Part shown: one piece after another, positions 49,011 to 57,808 of the stretch | Position numbering within the stretch: position 1 is the stretch's first letter | Layout of the letters: each line of letters starts with the position of its first letter | Assembly: GCA_022822185.1 (NCBI GenBank) | Contig: JAJECE010000068.1 | Location: forward strand, 376 to 64,375 | Source of the DNA: Rhodothermales bacterium | Lineage (GTDB): Bacteria; Bacteroidota; Rhodothermia; Rhodothermales; Bin80 | Direction of reading: 5' to 3' | DNA: 64,000 nucleotides | Notes under the pieces: generated by a model | What the model saw: the letters and a program-made list of their open reading frames with translations, nothing else | Told to the model about the DNA's origin: nothing | Databases searched by the model: none | Position numbers and translations under genes: made by a program

Positions 49011-49535
49011 ATGCCGAATGTCCCAAAAAACTTCACTGGCGGAATAATTTCTGAAACTCCGGTGGGCCCCTTAACCCTCATTTTCTCACCTCTGGGATTG
49101 ACGAATATCCAATTTGGGAGTCGATCCGAAGACTACGAACCTGCAGGCACTCTCTTTGAAACCGCTGCACAGGAACTTGCTGCCTACTTCGCTGGAGAAC
49201 GGCCCCGCTTTTCTGTACCGCTTGCCCCCTCCGGAACGGCATTCCAAAAACGAGTCTGGGCCTTGCTGCCGGACATTCCCTACGGGGAAACCCGTTCCTA
49301 CGGACAACTTGCCCGATTGCTCGGCGATAGCCGTCTGGCACGCGCTGTCGGACATGCAAATGGATCCAATCCAATTCCCATCATCTATCCCTGTCACCGG
49401 GTTATGGGGGCGAACGGTCAATTGACCGGATACAGCGGCGGGCTTCACCGTAAGGAGTTGCTCCTTCATCTAGAGGCCGGAAATACACAGGCAGATCTGT
49501 TCAGCCGCTGCGAAGATACCCCACGAGCGTCTTGA
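49011..49535 (+). CDS. ogt: methylated-DNA--protein-cysteine methyltransferase
   Basis: IPYGETRSYGQLA and the IIYPCHRV active-site motif. Confidence 0.9.
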   Translation: MPNVPKNFTGGIISETPVGPLTLIFSPLGLTNIQFGSRSEDYEPAGTLFETAAQELAAYFAGERPRFSVPLAPSGTAFQKRVWALLPDIPYGETRSYGQLARLLGDSRLARAVGHANGSNPIPIIYPCHRVMGANGQLTGYSGGLHRKELLLHLEAGNTQADLFSRCEDTPRAS

Positions 49536-50829
49536 GTGACGGCTTCTTGCCGTACATCAGCAGGCTTGCCCGATAGATTCGTGCACTGACCCAGATTGAT
49601 GTCAGGAATGACCCCAAAAGTAGTCCATAGGACAAGATAATCTGCCAAACAGGTGCTGCTCCAATTGCAATACGTGTAATCATTGGAACCGAAGAGGTGA
49701 GAGGGAAGAGCGACAATCCTACGGCAAGCGGACCATTCGGTGCTATCATAATCGGTCCCATGAATATGATTGAGATAATAATTGGCATCATCAGCGGCAG
49801 GAGCAGTCCCTGCGATTCCTGTGGCGAGTCAACCATCGTCCCCACCGCCGCAAACAACCCGCCATAGAGTAGATATCCACCGACAAAGTAAAGAATAAAC
49901 CAGATGAACAGGCCTGGCGAAATGCCCGGCAGGACAATCTCCGCCGCTGCCAGTATTTCCTGATTGGTTGCGGATGCAGGCAGATCATACGCTGCAGGAT
50001 CCATGAACAGCCCAATCACGGGGGAAGCCAGTACCGTGCCCCCGACGATCATAATACCCCAGACGGCCATCTGCGCAAACCCGACCAATCCGATCCCCAG
50101 CACCTTCCCCATCAGCAGTTCAAACGGGCGGACCGAGGATACCAGCACCTCAACCACCCGCGTGGTTCGTTCCTCCATGGCTGCATACATGATCAGGGTT
50201 CCGTAGATAAGAATCCCCATATACATTAATGTCCCAAGGATCAGGCCGAGGATATAATATCCTTCCTCCGCCTCTACCTCTTCGCCGGTTTCCTCTTCTG
50301 CATCATTGGTCAATATTTCCAGAAAAACGGATTGATCCAGAATTGCCCGCACATTGGCGGAAATATTATTTTCAGCAAGAAGGTAATCTTTCAGCGCCCA
50401 CTCAATGGTTTCCGAAAGAGTCCACTGAACTCTGCGTGCATCCCCGTCCACAGAATACAGGATCGGCGGCTCATTGGCGGTAATCATCTCTGCAGGGATC
50501 CGAACATATGCGTCAACATCTCCGCTGGTCATCTGATTATCAAGCGAGTCTGGCATAATCAGCACCAGGGCTGCATTCTCGCCTGCACCTCGATCAATGA
50601 TCCTGCCTCCTAAAACTCCTGTCTCATCAACAATCCCGATCCGAAGCATTCCGGTCGCCCCAAACGTTCCAACGAAATCATCCTCAAGCGTGGAGAGCGA
50701 GATCATGATCGTTACCGCAAAAAAACCCACAAGCAGCAATGGTCCCAGCAAGGTGGTCACGATGAAGGTTTTTGAAGTTACCCGGCGCATAAACTCGCTC
50801 CGAGTAACCACCATAATCTTGCGTCTCAT
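49501..50829 (-). CDS. ABC-2 type transporter permease (NatB-like)
   Basis: 442 aa. N-terminal TM segment, large loop, and C-terminal ABC-2 membrane domain. 4-nt overlap with the upstream ATPase gene. Confidence 0.8.
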   Translation of the reverse strand: MRRKIMVVTRSEFMRRVTSKTFIVTTLLGPLLLVGFFAVTIMISLSTLEDDFVGTFGATGMLRIGIVDETGVLGGRIIDRGAGENAALVLIMPDSLDNQMTSGDVDAYVRIPAEMITANEPPILYSVDGDARRVQWTLSETIEWALKDYLLAENNISANVRAILDQSVFLEILTNDAEEETGEEVEAEEGYYILGLILGTLMYMGILIYGTLIMYAAMEERTTRVVEVLVSSVRPFELLMGKVLGIGLVGFAQMAVWGIMIVGGTVLASPVIGLFMDPAAYDLPASATNQEILAAAEIVLPGISPGLFIWFILYFVGGYLLYGGLFAAVGTMVDSPQESQGLLLPLMMPIIISIIFMGPIMIAPNGPLAVGLSLFPLTSSVPMITRIAIGAAPVWQIILSYGLLLGSFLTSIWVSARIYRASLLMYGKKPSLKTLVGYLRSG

Positions 50830-51740
50830 GCCTCGTCTCCGACGGTTTGAATGAATATTTCGTTCAGCGACGGCTGAAGCATCTCAAAATGATACAGTTC
50901 AAGACCCGGAATCGACAGTATGCGGTCAAGCAGCGCCCGGGGATTGCAATCTTCGGAGATCTGCAAGACGCATCCGTCCTCTCTCCATTCCAGTATCCGC
51001 ACTTCGCCGGATTCCTGCATGGCGCTCAGAAACGGCACATCTCCTTCATATTCCAGCACCAGTTTGTCACGCTTGAAGCTTTTTTTGATTTCCCTTAAAT
51101 CGCCACCGAGCAAAAACCGTCCATTTGCGATCAGGCAAATATCATCGCACAGCTGCTCAACCTGCTCCATGCGATGGCTTGCAAATAGGATGATTCGGCC
51201 ATCCTGCTTCATCTCTGCAATAATTTCCTGCAGCAGTTCACTATTGACGGGATCCAGTCCGCTGAAGGGTTCATCCAGAATAATTAATTGAGGATCTGCC
51301 AGCACAGTCGCAATGAACTGTACTTTCTGCTGCATCCCTTTGGACAGGTCATGGGCTTTCCGGGCCCCCCATTTTGTTAATCCGAGACGATCCAGCCAAT
51401 ACTCAACTTTCCCTGCGGATTCTTGCGCCCCCAGCCCTTTGAGTGCACCCAGATAACGCAGTTGGTCGGTCACCTTGAGTTTTTTGTACAGCCCCCGTTC
51501 TTCCGGGAGATATCCCATTTTCTCCTGACTCCATTGCCCTACGTTACGTCCATCAAGTGCAACCGTCCCTTCATCCGGGGTAAGGATATTGGCGATCATA
51601 CGGATAGTCGTGGTCTTTCCGGCCCCATTTGGGCCCAGAAGTCCAAGAATCCGTCCTGAAGTGGCGGTAAACGAAATATCCCGTGCGGCAGTAACGTTGC
51701 CGAAACGCTTGGTCACTCCCTGAAGGGTCAAAGAATTCAT
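50826..51740 (-). CDS. ABC transporter ATP-binding protein (NatA-like)
   Basis: Walker A GPNGAGKTT, signature LSKGMQQK and Walker B LIILDEP. Confidence 0.9.
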   Translation of the reverse strand: MNSLTLQGVTKRFGNVTAARDISFTATSGRILGLLGPNGAGKTTTIRMIANILTPDEGTVALDGRNVGQWSQEKMGYLPEERGLYKKLKVTDQLRYLGALKGLGAQESAGKVEYWLDRLGLTKWGARKAHDLSKGMQQKVQFIATVLADPQLIILDEPFSGLDPVNSELLQEIIAEMKQDGRIILFASHRMEQVEQLCDDICLIANGRFLLGGDLREIKKSFKRDKLVLEYEGDVPFLSAMQESGEVRILEWREDGCVLQISEDCNPRALLDRILSIPGLELYHFEMLQPSLNEIFIQTVGDEA

Positions 51741-51845
51741 GGATACAACTCACCCATGCAAGCACAAAGCCAAAGGAATTTTGTACCTGGCGGAAACACG
51801 AAAAACTAATTAACTCAAACGAACCTTCTAAAAACGGACCAGTTT

Positions 51846-52118
51846 CTAAAGTGCGGCTTCCTTGAGCGGAACGAGGTAACGCTCATGGATTACATCCTCA
51901 TGTATGCGGGCGCTTCCGGTACCGCGAAAATCAACCGATACAAGGCCTTTCGTCACATTTTGGACCTCCCCGATTCCATACGAAGCTGGAAGGGGGCCAT
52001 AGTAGACAAGCTGACCTTTTTCTAAAGCGGGTTTCGACCGACTTTTCCAGTGGAAGACCTGAACGACCGGCAGTCGCTCCAACTGATACTCATTTTTTCT
52101 CTTACGTTTTTTCGGCAC
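51846..52118 (-). CDS. hypothetical protein (90 aa)
   Basis: Basic N-terminus (PKKRKRKNE) and an SH3/Tudor-like G.GEV...V.V.F block. Function unknown. Confidence 0.4.
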   Translation of the reverse strand: MPKKRKRKNEYQLERLPVVQVFHWKSRSKPALEKGQLVYYGPLPASYGIGEVQNVTKGLVSVDFRGTGSARIHEDVIHERYLVPLKEAAL

Positions 52119-52942
52119 GTGTCCGTAAAATTTTAATTGTAACGCGCCGCTAACGCAGACGAATGAGCAATGTTCAGAATAAACGCGACAAATTCAATTT
52201 ATCCTGAAAAAACTTGATTTTTCCTGCCTATTCAAGTGATTTATGGGGGATCCATCAAGGAATGTTGGAATTTGTGCGGGCATGATTGATCCTCCATGGC
52301 TGTGTTTGATATCAGAGAATCTGCAGCGACCGAAAGGATGGGGCTGCTGAAATTCATGGAGACTCCTGATGCCGCATACTTCGATCACAACTGTTCCGGG
52401 CCGCCTTCCGTCATTCCATGACTGAACATCCAGAGGAGATGACCATCATGGGCTCCCACGGTCAGAGGGAACGATTTCCAGATTTGGAAGAATTTCCCCG
52501 TGCAACCGGACAACGAGATCCCGTGATACCGTAAGATCTGCTTCTACTCGCAAATTCGACATTGTAGTGGAATTTAGACTATGGCAACCTACCATTTCCA
52601 CATCATTGCTGAGAATAATGATGGTTTTGGCGTTCCTTCTGATGTAGCCGGTGCGACGGCAGATACCCCTGGTGTTGTGACCGAGTTACGTGCAATGGCT
52701 TCCATGAAACAATTTTGCACACAGCACCCCGCAAGTGCTATCCGTCACGATCCCCCCATTCCCATAGGACAGATTGCAAAACGATTCCTCCATATCTCGG
52801 AGAAACCCCGAAAAGACAGTCGCATAATTCATCCATCACCTCAGACTAACCCGAATAACCTACCTCCATACCCTATCCTCATTCACCTACAAATCATAAA
52901 ATGGGAATTCAGTCTGAGGGTCTATCAGGCGGGATACTCGGA

Positions 52943-52960
52943 CTAGCCTGAATTACCGGG
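52943..52960. repeat. IS left terminal inverted repeat (ctagcctgaattaccggg)
   Basis: Matches the reverse complement of 55027-55044 at 16 of 18 positions. Confidence 0.75.
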
Positions 52961-53275
52961 GGAATCTAGGATAAGCCCGGTCTTCCAGAAAATCCATCAA
53001 ACCGTACCTCCAGCGCCTATTTTCTGAAGATATTCATAATTTTATCTGAAATTATGAATACACCGTCACTGCCATAGAAGTATTTTCTCCTTTTTCCCAG
53101 TGTCGGCTCTCTCCCGACTCATCTCCATTGATTTTCCCGCATTACCCCCTCTGTAGTGCATTTTTTCTCCCTAAATCTAAATTTTTTCTTTTTTCCCGTC
53201 CATATGCATTCGATTCCCTGCATTTTATTTTTGTATTTATTATATTGGCTATCATTTCATATTTCATAATTTATT

Positions 53276-55006
53276 ATGAGCCGCCGCTCCGAATTCTTTG
53301 CCCAGCCCAACGGGGTCCCCATGCGTCGCTACGAAGCCCTCCGTGCCTATGAACACGAGGGCGTTTCCATTGAAGAAGCCGCCGAGATTGGTGGATATAC
53401 CCCCGGATCCTTCCGAAACCTCCTCACGAGTTTCCGAAAAAACCGCTCCGTACTCTTCTTTTGGCCGGAACCCAGGAAAGCCGCTCCCACCGACAAGCCC
53501 CCCAATCCCAGGCCTGCCCGCATTCTTGCTCTGCGAAAGCAAGAGAACCGCTCTATTCAGGAAATTCAGGCGGCCCTGAAACAGGAAGGCATTCCTGCCA
53601 GTGTGGGCTATATCCAGAAGATCTTTAAACAGCACCGCATTCCACGCCTTGCCCGGCGCTCTGCCGAGCAACGCTCCCCCCGTGTCATTCCCGCGGATCG
53701 TAGGAAACTGGATCTCCGCGAACGGACGTTTGATACCGAGTATGCAGGCCTGTTTTTATTTGCCTTTGATTTGGCACAGATGGATCTGAAAACTATGCTG
53801 GATCAAGTCCAAATGCCCGGTACCAGTAAGGTCCCTGCCGTGTGTGCGGTGCTCTCGCTCCTTGCACTGAAGCTGTATGGGATCGGCCGTCCCTCCCAGG
53901 TTATGGCTGAATCCTTGGATGAAGGGCTTGCACTGTTTACCGGACTCAATGCCATTCCCAAACGCACCACACTCACCGAATACTCCATCCTGGTGGATCC
54001 TACGTTTGCAGGACCGCTTATGCACCGGTGGTATCATGCGGCCGCAAACATTGCGAATGTGGTCGGCAAGGGAAATTCTATTGATCTGGATTTCCATACC
54101 ATTCCCTACCATGGCGATCAGGCCTTGCTGGAGAAACATTTTGTCTCCAAGCGAAGCCGACGGCAACGGGGAATCCTCACTGTATTAGCACGGGATGCCG
54201 ATTCGCACGTCTTCTGTTATGCCGACACAACCGTCCGAAAGCAAATCCAGAACGATGCCATTCTGGAATTTGTTAAGGACTGGAAAGCCCGAACGGGAAC
54301 GGTTCCAAAAGAACTCGTCTTTGATAGCCGGTTTACCATCTATGCGAATTTGGCAAAATTGAACCAAATGGGGATTCCGTTTATCACGTTGCGCCGCCGC
54401 CATGCTTCCCTGATCCGGCGCATTCATACGCTGGACAAGTCGGCCTGGAAAAAAGTCCGACTCAACAACATTGGACGCAAGTATCGTAATCCCAGTGTGG
54501 TGGATGAAACCGCACATCTACGGGATTATCCCGATCCAATCCGACAACTCCTGGTCAAGAATTTAGGCCATGATAAACCAACGGTACTGATCACCAATCA
54601 GATGGAACGTGCTCCCAGGGAACTCATTGATCGCTATGCTCGGCGCATGGTCATTGAGAATATCATCAGTGATGCCATCAACTTCTTCCACATGGATTCC
54701 TTGAGTTCGGTCGTTCCGATGCGCATCAATGTCGATGTGCAGTTAACTGTCATGGCCAGCGTACTCTATCGACTCCTGGGAGAACGGGTTGGCAAACCCT
54801 ATGCTAACGCCGAAGCACAGACCATCTTCCGGCATCTGGTAAGGCACCTCGGTAAAGTCACCATTACCAAAGATGAAATTATCGTTCAATTACGAGCACG
54901 CGCGAATGACAATTACCTCATCGCAGCGGGATACCCTGAATTACGTCAGAAAATCCCCTGGCTCGACAATAAAACCCTGCGGGTAAAACTGGAAAGACAC
55001 CCCTGA
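53276..55006 (+). CDS. DDE-type transposase
   Basis: N-terminal HTH-like region; candidate catalytic residues in IDLDFHTIPYHG and ELVFDSRF; a Y-x2-R-x3-E block (DRYARRMVIENIISD) of the IS4-type signature. Confidence 0.8.
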   Translation: MSRRSEFFAQPNGVPMRRYEALRAYEHEGVSIEEAAEIGGYTPGSFRNLLTSFRKNRSVLFFWPEPRKAAPTDKPPNPRPARILALRKQENRSIQEIQAALKQEGIPASVGYIQKIFKQHRIPRLARRSAEQRSPRVIPADRRKLDLRERTFDTEYAGLFLFAFDLAQMDLKTMLDQVQMPGTSKVPAVCAVLSLLALKLYGIGRPSQVMAESLDEGLALFTGLNAIPKRTTLTEYSILVDPTFAGPLMHRWYHAAANIANVVGKGNSIDLDFHTIPYHGDQALLEKHFVSKRSRRQRGILTVLARDADSHVFCYADTTVRKQIQNDAILEFVKDWKARTGTVPKELVFDSRFTIYANLAKLNQMGIPFITLRRRHASLIRRIHTLDKSAWKKVRLNNIGRKYRNPSVVDETAHLRDYPDPIRQLLVKNLGHDKPTVLITNQMERAPRELIDRYARRMVIENIISDAINFFHMDSLSSVVPMRINVDVQLTVMASVLYRLLGERVGKPYANAEAQTIFRHLVRHLGKVTITKDEIIVQLRARANDNYLIAAGYPELRQKIPWLDNKTLRVKLERHP

Positions 55007-55026
55007 TATTCATATAGCAAAATCAA

Positions 55027-55044
55027 CGCGGGAATTCAGGCTAG
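55027..55044. repeat. IS right terminal inverted repeat (cgcgggaattcaggctag)
   Basis: Reverse complement of the left repeat, 16/18 matches. Confidence 0.75.
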
Positions 55045-56241
55045 AAGAGAGGGTATTGGGTGGATCCCGCTGGATAAAGTAATTGTCTATGAACCAGCGG
55101 CGCATGGACGGGATCAGAATCACATAGCTGTCGCCCTGCAGATCGAATATCCCATTCCCCAGAGCCAAGGCGAATACCTCCTCGGTTTTCTCCGCGCTGA
55201 ATTCTTCTTGCAGGGATGCGATGACCATGTCTTTATAGATGGTCCCATCCGTCTCAACATTAGCCATTGCTCTTACAATGCACTGGCGCTCTCGCCTCAT
55301 AATCCCGTCCGCTCTGGATTTATAAAATTTTATTCGTTTCATCTCCCCTATTCCGAGCACCACCTGCAACTTCTCTGGGGTCAACTCCCGCCCCGTTGCC
55401 CGCAGGTGAATGGCAGCAGACTCGGCATAGGCGGCCACATGCTGCGGCCAGACATGCGTCTTCTGCATAATCGCATCAATCCATGGCGTGGGATCGCCCT
55501 TCGCCCGCCCCTCCAGCTTGAGCCAGCCCTTGATGACCTTCCGCTCCGCTTCCGGCTTTAACGGGCCCAACTCCACATAGCAGTTGTCCCTGAATCTGGA
55601 CACGCCCATGTCTTTGAAGGCTCGCTTCGTTGCACTCAAGCCGGCGACGGCCGGCATCACGGGGCACCCCGCAATCTTTCCATTATGGATCGCATCGAGA
55701 TGGATACTGACCCGATGTGCATGGTGCGGCGGCGTGTACTTCCCCAGACGCTGCGCTTCGTCCAGAAGAAGCAGTAGTTTCACCTTCCCGCTCTTTAGCA
55801 CCTCCAGTGTGCTGCGGGGGACGGGGGTACTCTTTCTTTCATAACTCCCCCAAAAAACTTGCTCTGCCCGCGCCCGGAATGCCTACTTCCCCCTCCATGG
55901 ACGCGCTCCATGCACCCTCTATCTGGCCTGCTTCCTTACTTCGCCCTAACGCCTGTAGAAGCGTGGTCGCGTCCCAGAGGGCATCCAGTGTGATGCCTAC
56001 GACCTTCCACTTCTGCCCTTCCGCCAGTTCCCCACATTTATAGAGCAGCGCACTCTTGCCCGCACCGGGCGCGGCCTGGATCAGGATGGTGGTTCCTTTT
56101 TTTTGGATCCTTCTCCGTCCGCTTCAGGCGGCGCTGGAAACTATCCAGGATTCCCTTCCGGCCGTGGAAGTACTTCGCTTCGCCCCGGTCTTCTAGATTC
56201 GGGTTGATGTGTGCGAAATCACTCATGAGGCATAGTTGCAC
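55045..56241 (-). pseudogene. P-loop (AAA/ORC-like) ATPase gene disrupted by two frameshifts and truncated at its 3' end by the IS
   Basis: Frame 1 gives YFHGRKGILDSF.... After the A8 run (T8 on the + strand, 56097-56104), a different frame reads GTTILIQAAPGAGKSALL (Walker A). After a T6G5 run (55847-55857), a third frame reads KVKLLLLLDEAQ (Walker B) and continues into the IS repeat. Confidence 0.7.
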
Positions 56242-56543
56242 CTATCCTTAGGACGGGAATGATTTTGGGGGCAATTTGTTCCAAAGGAAAAGGAAGAACA
56301 GATGCGGGAAAGCCTCCTGATTGTGCATAGACTTCCGTTTTTTATGCCGAAAATCGCCGAAAAACAGGATCAGGTAATTCCATTTATCGTCCAACATCCC
56401 CGGCGAGTTTACAACCCCCTGCTCATGCTGTTTCTCCAATTTCCTGGCTAAAAACAAAAGCCTCCGAATTGAGTTCGCATGAAAGTCACCTGCAAGTTTA
56501 CCGATGGGAATCCAGGGCTAAGGGGTAAACCGGGCTCGCCCGT

Positions 56544-57086
56544 TTAATCCTCAATCACACGATCCGGGTTTGCTCTGACAAATGCAGCCCACCCGCTGTA
56601 GTGAGGCTGACCGGGCTTTTTTCCCGTCAGTTCTCTTTCCTTGTGGCAAAATGCGACGGCCAAGGCATCGGATGCATCATGGGGAATTCCCTCACTCTCC
56701 CCTTCAAATTTCAGTAAAGTAGACACCATATAGGCGACCTGCTCTTTGCTTGCATTTCCATTCCCGGTAACCGCCCGCTTCACCATTTTGGGCGTGTACT
56801 GCGCCACAGATAAACCCTGATTGAGAATTGCAAGCATCGCCGCCGCCTGAGCACGTCCAAGTTTGAGCATCGCCTGCGGGTTACTGCCGTAGACCGGCAT
56901 TTCAACTGCGCAACTATTCGGCTTCAACTGTGCTACAAGTTTGCTTACCTCACGATAGATCGTCTGGATGCGGAGCATATGATCCCCCGTAAGTGCGACA
57001 ACCCCATACCCGTGTACCCGGTTATCCGTATCAATAATACCGTAGCCGGTCTGGGATGAGCCGGGATCAATGCCTAAGATGCGCAT
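56544..57086 (-). CDS. ruvC: Holliday junction resolvase RuvC
   Basis: MRILGIDPGS..TGYG start and a catalytic acidic residue in the C-terminal HDASDALAVA block. Confidence 0.93.
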   Translation of the reverse strand: MRILGIDPGSSQTGYGIIDTDNRVHGYGVVALTGDHMLRIQTIYREVSKLVAQLKPNSCAVEMPVYGSNPQAMLKLGRAQAAAMLAILNQGLSVAQYTPKMVKRAVTGNGNASKEQVAYMVSTLLKFEGESEGIPHDASDALAVAFCHKERELTGKKPGQPHYSGWAAFVRANPDRVIED

Positions 57087-57805
57087 TACATCTCTAGATT
57101 CGTAAAAACCTCCTGTACATCCTGCAAATCTTCCAGCCTTGCCACTAGTGCCTCTGTCTGGCGGACCTGATCCGATGATTTTTGAACGGTCGTCATTGGA
57201 GCACGCACAAGGCGAGATTCCTCAATTTTAACTCCAGCATCAGAAATTTTAGTCTGAACGGTTTCAAAAACTTCCACAGGTGTAATCACCACGAATGTAT
57301 CCTCATCCTCTTCTATGTCCTCTGCCCCACTGTCAACGGCCAATTCGAAGAGTTCCAGTTCATCTATGGAATCTGAACGAATCTGAATCAGTCCTTTCCG
57401 GTCAAATAAGTATGCAACACTTCCCGATTTAGCCAGATTGCCACCACTTTTGGAGAACACACTGCGCACATCGGCAACCGTCCGGTTTGTATTATCGGTC
57501 AGCGCATCCACCATAATGGCAACACCGTGTGCGCTGTACCCTTCATACGTACACTCTTTGTAGTCTTGCCCCTCAATCTCTCCCGCTCCCCGCTTGATTG
57601 CGCGTTCAATATTTTCCTTGGGCATGTTCTTGGCCTTGGCTTTCTGGATCGTCAACGCCAACCGGGCATTCATGTCTGGATCCTTGCCTCCCTCACGGGC
57701 CGCAACCATAATGTCACGCGTTATCACAGCCCACACCTTTGAGCGGCGACTGTCGGTGACCGCTTTCTGCCTCTTTACTTTTGACCATTTATTGTGTCCA
57801 GCCAT
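57086..57805 (-). CDS. yebC: YebC/PmpR-family transcriptional regulator
   Basis: MAGHNKWSKVKRQK N-terminus; 239 aa; classic position upstream of ruvC. Confidence 0.92.
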   Translation of the reverse strand: MAGHNKWSKVKRQKAVTDSRRSKVWAVITRDIMVAAREGGKDPDMNARLALTIQKAKAKNMPKENIERAIKRGAGEIEGQDYKECTYEGYSAHGVAIMVDALTDNTNRTVADVRSVFSKSGGNLAKSGSVAYLFDRKGLIQIRSDSIDELELFELAVDSGAEDIEEDEDTFVVITPVEVFETVQTKISDAGVKIEESRLVRAPMTTVQKSSDQVRQTEALVARLEDLQDVQEVFTNLEM

Positions 57806-57808
57806 CTG

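Larger units (their letters stand above)
52943..55044 (+). mobile_element. insertion sequence (about 2.1 kb) with one DDE transposase gene; family uncertain (IS4/ISNCY-like)
   Basis: Bounded by 18-bp imperfect terminal inverted repeats (16/18 matches). AT-rich 5' leader. A single 576-aa transposase ORF. Confidence 0.75.

Noticed and set aside
52581-52946. 121-aa ORF on the + strand ending inside the IS left repeat
   Set aside because: No recognisable motifs, a Pro/His-rich low-complexity C-terminal half, and a stop codon supplied by the IS terminus. It is probably the non-coding remnant downstream of the disrupted ATPase gene. The first 60 or so codons could be real, but I cannot support that.
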